A stretch of DNA of 32,000 bases, from assembly GCF_009831105.1 (NCBI RefSeq), contig NZ_WUUQ01000006.1:1-32000 (forward strand), read 5' to 3'. A model generated the notes under the pieces. It saw only the letters and a program-made list of their open reading frames with translations, did not search any database and was not told the DNA's origin. The DNA comes from Copranaerobaculum intestinale. Its GTDB lineage: Bacteria; Bacillota_I; Bacilli_A; Erysipelotrichales; Erysipelotrichaceae. This document shows positions 31,872-32,000 of the stretch, piece by piece (within the stretch, counting starts at the first letter, position 1; each line of letters opens with the position of its first letter). The translations under genes were made by a program, and so were the position numbers.

Positions 31872-32000
31872 CGGGTTCTCTTATATGAAGGAAGTTATCT
31901 GGCAATGAAAATGGTAATTTCAGTGTTTATCATCTGAAATTTCGGATCATAAAGCTTTCGCTGATCATTATGAGTGATCAATTCTTTTCAAACAGAATTT

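Noticed and set aside
31905-31937. 10-codon mini-ORF (MKMVISVFII) and a 7-bp hairpin ATTTCAG/CTGAAAT near the right edge
   Set aside because: It is too short, the hairpin has no T-tract, and there is no downstream gene in the window to give it context.
1-32000. CRISPR arrays, rRNA genes, prophage or integrase genes, restriction-modification, toxin-antitoxin or other known defence systems
   Set aside because: I scanned for regularly spaced repeats, long direct repeats and hallmark motifs and found none. Apart from the IS30 fragment and the LytTR/ABC module, the window looks like ordinary chromosome.

Overview
This is a 32-kb chromosomal segment with the signals of a low-GC Gram-positive (Bacillota-type) genome: AGGAGG-like ribosome-binding sites 6-9 nt before start codons, TTGACA/TATAAT-type promoters and hairpin plus T-run terminators. 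Finer taxonomy cannot be judged by eye. I call 27 apparently intact protein genes and two stand-alone tRNA genes (tRNA-Glu UUC at 6084-6159 +, tRNA-Asn GUU at 14896-14971 -). There is also one heavily decayed isochorismatase-family pseudogene, two genes that look split by single-base frameshifts, and the last 117 nt of an IS30-family transposase at the left edge. Most of the content is housekeeping, metabolism and transport. Left to right: an SPFH/Band-7 plus Arc-like RHH operon, L-lactate dehydrogenase, an HtrA-type protease, flavin reductase-like, RpiB/LacAB-like and RibD_C/DHFR-like proteins, a maltose-type O-acetyltransferase and RarA. These are followed by a BtpA/SgcQ plus FGGY kinase plus AEC transporter cluster, a hotdog thioesterase, a DUF2812-like membrane protein and a heterodimeric ABC exporter pair. 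Next come a ThrE-type exporter pair and a long U32 peptidase-family protein co-oriented with a MATE transporter and a D-2-hydroxyacid dehydrogenase. The least ordinary part is the visibly AT-richer right end (26.7-31.9 kb). There, two receiver-less LytTR DNA-binding proteins bracket a MacB/FtsX-type ABC exporter. One LytTR gene is followed by a membrane-protein gene, an arrangement like the LytTR regulatory systems HdrRM/BrsRM, and 10-bp direct repeats sit in the divergent promoter region. Both genes of that pair appear interrupted by a missing T in a T4 run. I found no CRISPR array, rRNA, prophage, restriction-modification, toxin-antitoxin or other recognisable defence module. The novelty claims below are therefore modest and concern regulatory architecture and uncharacterised gene pairs.
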